Of a DNA stretch of 64,000 nt, positions 61,615 through 64,000 are shown piece after piece. Source of the DNA: Pseudogymnoascus verrucosus (taxonomy: Eukaryota); assembly GCA_001662655.1 (NCBI GenBank), contig KV460250.1, one strand, 5' to 3'. Every line of letters begins with the position of its first letter. The first letter of the stretch is position 1. A model generated the notes under the pieces. The model saw only the letters and a list, made by a program, of their open reading frames with translations. It was not told where the DNA came from and made no database searches. The position numbers were made by a program, and so were the translations under genes.

Positions 61615-63084
61615 ATGGCGTCCCCTACGAAAGAGAGCTTCTCTTCTCTTGCGCCCACAAGCATTCCGTCAATCCAAGCTCCTCCGTCCCCTAGAACCCA
61701 CCGAACACTTCGGAGATTGAACTCAGCCCACACATTGGGCTCAAACAAACCTTCCTTGATTTCACAACAACGCCTACAGCAAACGTCGCAGAACCTAACT
61801 CCGAGGCCTAAAGACCAGCCACCTTTGCCAACAACTCATGTCCACCAACGCACGAGGTCAAATAGCGATGTTACCACCGTGAGCACCCAGGCCACAGGAC
61901 TAACTGGTAGAAAGCAAATCAGTGCGAAGAAGCCGGTGGCGGCGGAAACCCTCTCACTCGATCGGCTCATTCGAGAAGGCCCTGACCGCGACCTGAGGGG
62001 TGCGTTGGATTCCACGAGATTGAAAATTCTGGACCAAGGAATCAAGAGCGACAGCGATGGAATGGCAAGTTTACTTGGCGCAGGCTTGTTTTGAGCGGTT
62101 TTGCTGACTATCTTAAAGTCCTCTCTTCGAATCTATGCGTGGCTGATTCTCTTGAATGCGCCGCTACTGGAGACTGATGCATACCTCGTGCTAGTTCACC
62201 GTGGAGCTTCACCAGCCTACTCCAAGATCCGCAACGACACATTTCGAACACTCGCGACGGACCCTCTTTTCCGACGTCGGGTCAGTGAAGCAAGCTTGAT
62301 CCGTCTATTAAATGCAGTGGCTTGGAGGCTACATGACGCGAAAGAAAGCCGCATTGAGAGTGCAAGTAGCGCTAGTAACAACAGCAAGGTTACACATACT
62401 GCCACGGCGGATGGCAGTCCAGAATTACATTCTGCGACGCCGGTGATCAAGAATAGAGCCCGAGCCTTGACCTTGACCACGGAAGGGTCGGACGCTGGAA
62501 CGTCTGAGCCTGGGACATACGTCCAGGGAATGAATGTGCTCGCTGCTCCTTTCCTGTACGCCGCTCGGAGTGAATCAGAGGCTTTCGTTGCATTTCATAG
62601 GTTCATCACTCACGAGGTTCCTGGGTATGTACGTGGCGCCATGAGTGGTGTCCACAAAGGACTGGCACTGGTCGACAAGGTGTTGTCAATTGTTGACCCG
62701 AAGCTGAGCCTCTATCTCATCGGCAAGGGCATGCATGCAGAGCTGTACGCATTCCCCTCCGTCCTTACCTTGTGCGCCTGTACGCCACCTCTACCAGAAG
62801 TCCTGCGCCTCTGGGACTTCCTTTTTGCATATGGTGCACATTTGAACATCCTTTGCATTGTGGCACAGCTTGTTATGCTGAGAAACTCCATCTTAAGCTC
62901 CCCAAGGTACATATATTCTATTCTCAGTCCCATAGGAAACATTGCTGACTACTGTTACAGCCCAACAAAAATACTTCGGTCATTTCCACCTCTACAGGCC
63001 GAGACCATAAAGGAGCTTACGTTGACATTGATCAAGAAGATACCGGACGATTTATATGCAGAGATAGTAACTCATGCGCAATAG
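61615..63084 (+). CDS. BUB2: TBC-domain GAP of the mitotic exit/septation network (Bub2/Cdc16); introns 62065-62118 (GC-AG) and 62907-62960
   Basis: KIRNDTFRTL (arginine finger), YVQGMNVLAAPF (glutamine finger), YAFPSVLTLCACTPPL and LWDFLFAYG. Confidence 0.95.
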
Positions 63085-64000
63085 TACTTGGGATATGGAG
63101 CATGGAGCATTGCTGAACTATGTTGGGAGATAATTCGGCCAGGTGTTAGGCGTTTAGTTTGGGATTATGTAAGGTTTCGGGGGAACAAAGGTGAAGAGAT
63201 ATATGCATCACGAAGTCCGATGCCACATCCCATAATGAATACACACGAAGTCAAGTTTCAGCATCATATCAAGATTTTGTTTCGATGGTAAATATGTTCA
63301 TTGTGTCCTATGCCACCAAATATCTGCCAAAACGATGCCTGAAAGAAATATATCAAGTACGTAGTTCGTTACCTCGCTCTGAGAATCAGAGAAGTGTTGA
63401 GAAAGCATTCATCGATAAACTATTGCATGATTAGCTATGTTCCCAAAGGTAATCCTGATAGAATAAGGCAATTGAGCTTTCGCATGCACTGCATGTTTGA
63501 GATATGGATCAGATAGTCCGTTAAGATCATCGGGCCTGTGAGGGCGCCTGACATAAGAGGTACCAGAAAATAAGTAAAAAGTGTATCATCATTGTATCTC
63601 GGGGGGGAAAGCGCCTGGATGAAAAGGGAAATGTCATAAAACTTACCAATGTCATTCATCAACACAACGGTCCAAACATCACCACGATGAGGGTACCTGC
63701 CCCAGTGTGATATGGTCGTCGTGGCCCATTACTGTTTCCGGCAATTTGAGGCCACAGGCCGACAAATCGAGTTGCGAACAACAACTCCAAAGTTGGAGAG
63801 TACAAATATACTGGCAAGAGGAAGAAAATCTCGATGGTTTTAATCTCCAAATTCCGATTGGTACTAGCGCGGTTACCACACACAGAAGTTGCTGCCCTAG
63901 CTTAATTTAAGCGACCGCACTTTTCGTCGGGAAGAGAAGCGACAACTTTTGATCCTCACCCACGACGACGACTCTCCGCCCTTCGACAACTTCATAATCA

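Noticed and set aside
5601..62960. Several stop-free 3n introns (GPI protein 5601-5657, PCNA 9770-9829, ARPC2 27297-27344, OGG1 54410-54469, BUB2 62907-62960) as a window-wide system
   Set aside because: With dozens of ~50-60 nt introns, a handful are expected by chance. Only the zinc-finger linker case has a clear functional rationale.
63085..64000. Short ORFs at the window end
   Set aside because: They have no motifs or coding character; this is probably UTR and the promoter of a gene beyond the window.

Overview
This is eukaryotic fungal DNA. Short GT-AG introns carry CTRAC branch points, and the proteins look like those of a filamentous ascomycete; I could not determine the species. The window holds 23 protein-coding genes, mostly conserved housekeeping genes: a partial MFS permease, calnexin, MDE1, a GPI-anchored Cys-rich protein, DUT1, pyridoxal kinase, PCNA, a vezatin-like protein, a hypothetical protein, EMC6, a GTPBP-like GTPase, SEC9, an APH-family kinase, DIP2/UTP12, ARPC2, LCL3, RAX2, an NsdC-like C2H2 factor, SF3B1, the U2AF large subunit, OGG1, a GprM-like GPCR and BUB2. 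I found no tRNA or rRNA gene, CRISPR array, transposon or biosynthetic cluster, and I cannot support a claim of a new multi-gene system. The most interesting signals are at the RNA and regulatory level: a PCNA start codon split by an intron (A|TG), adjacent SF3B1 and U2AF65 genes, a stop-free in-frame intron in the NsdC zinc-finger linker, a ~9.8 kb gene-free region with strong strand skew upstream of nsdC, a triple TACTAAC array and two GC-AG introns. Exon boundaries were read by eye and product names come from motif recognition, not database searches.
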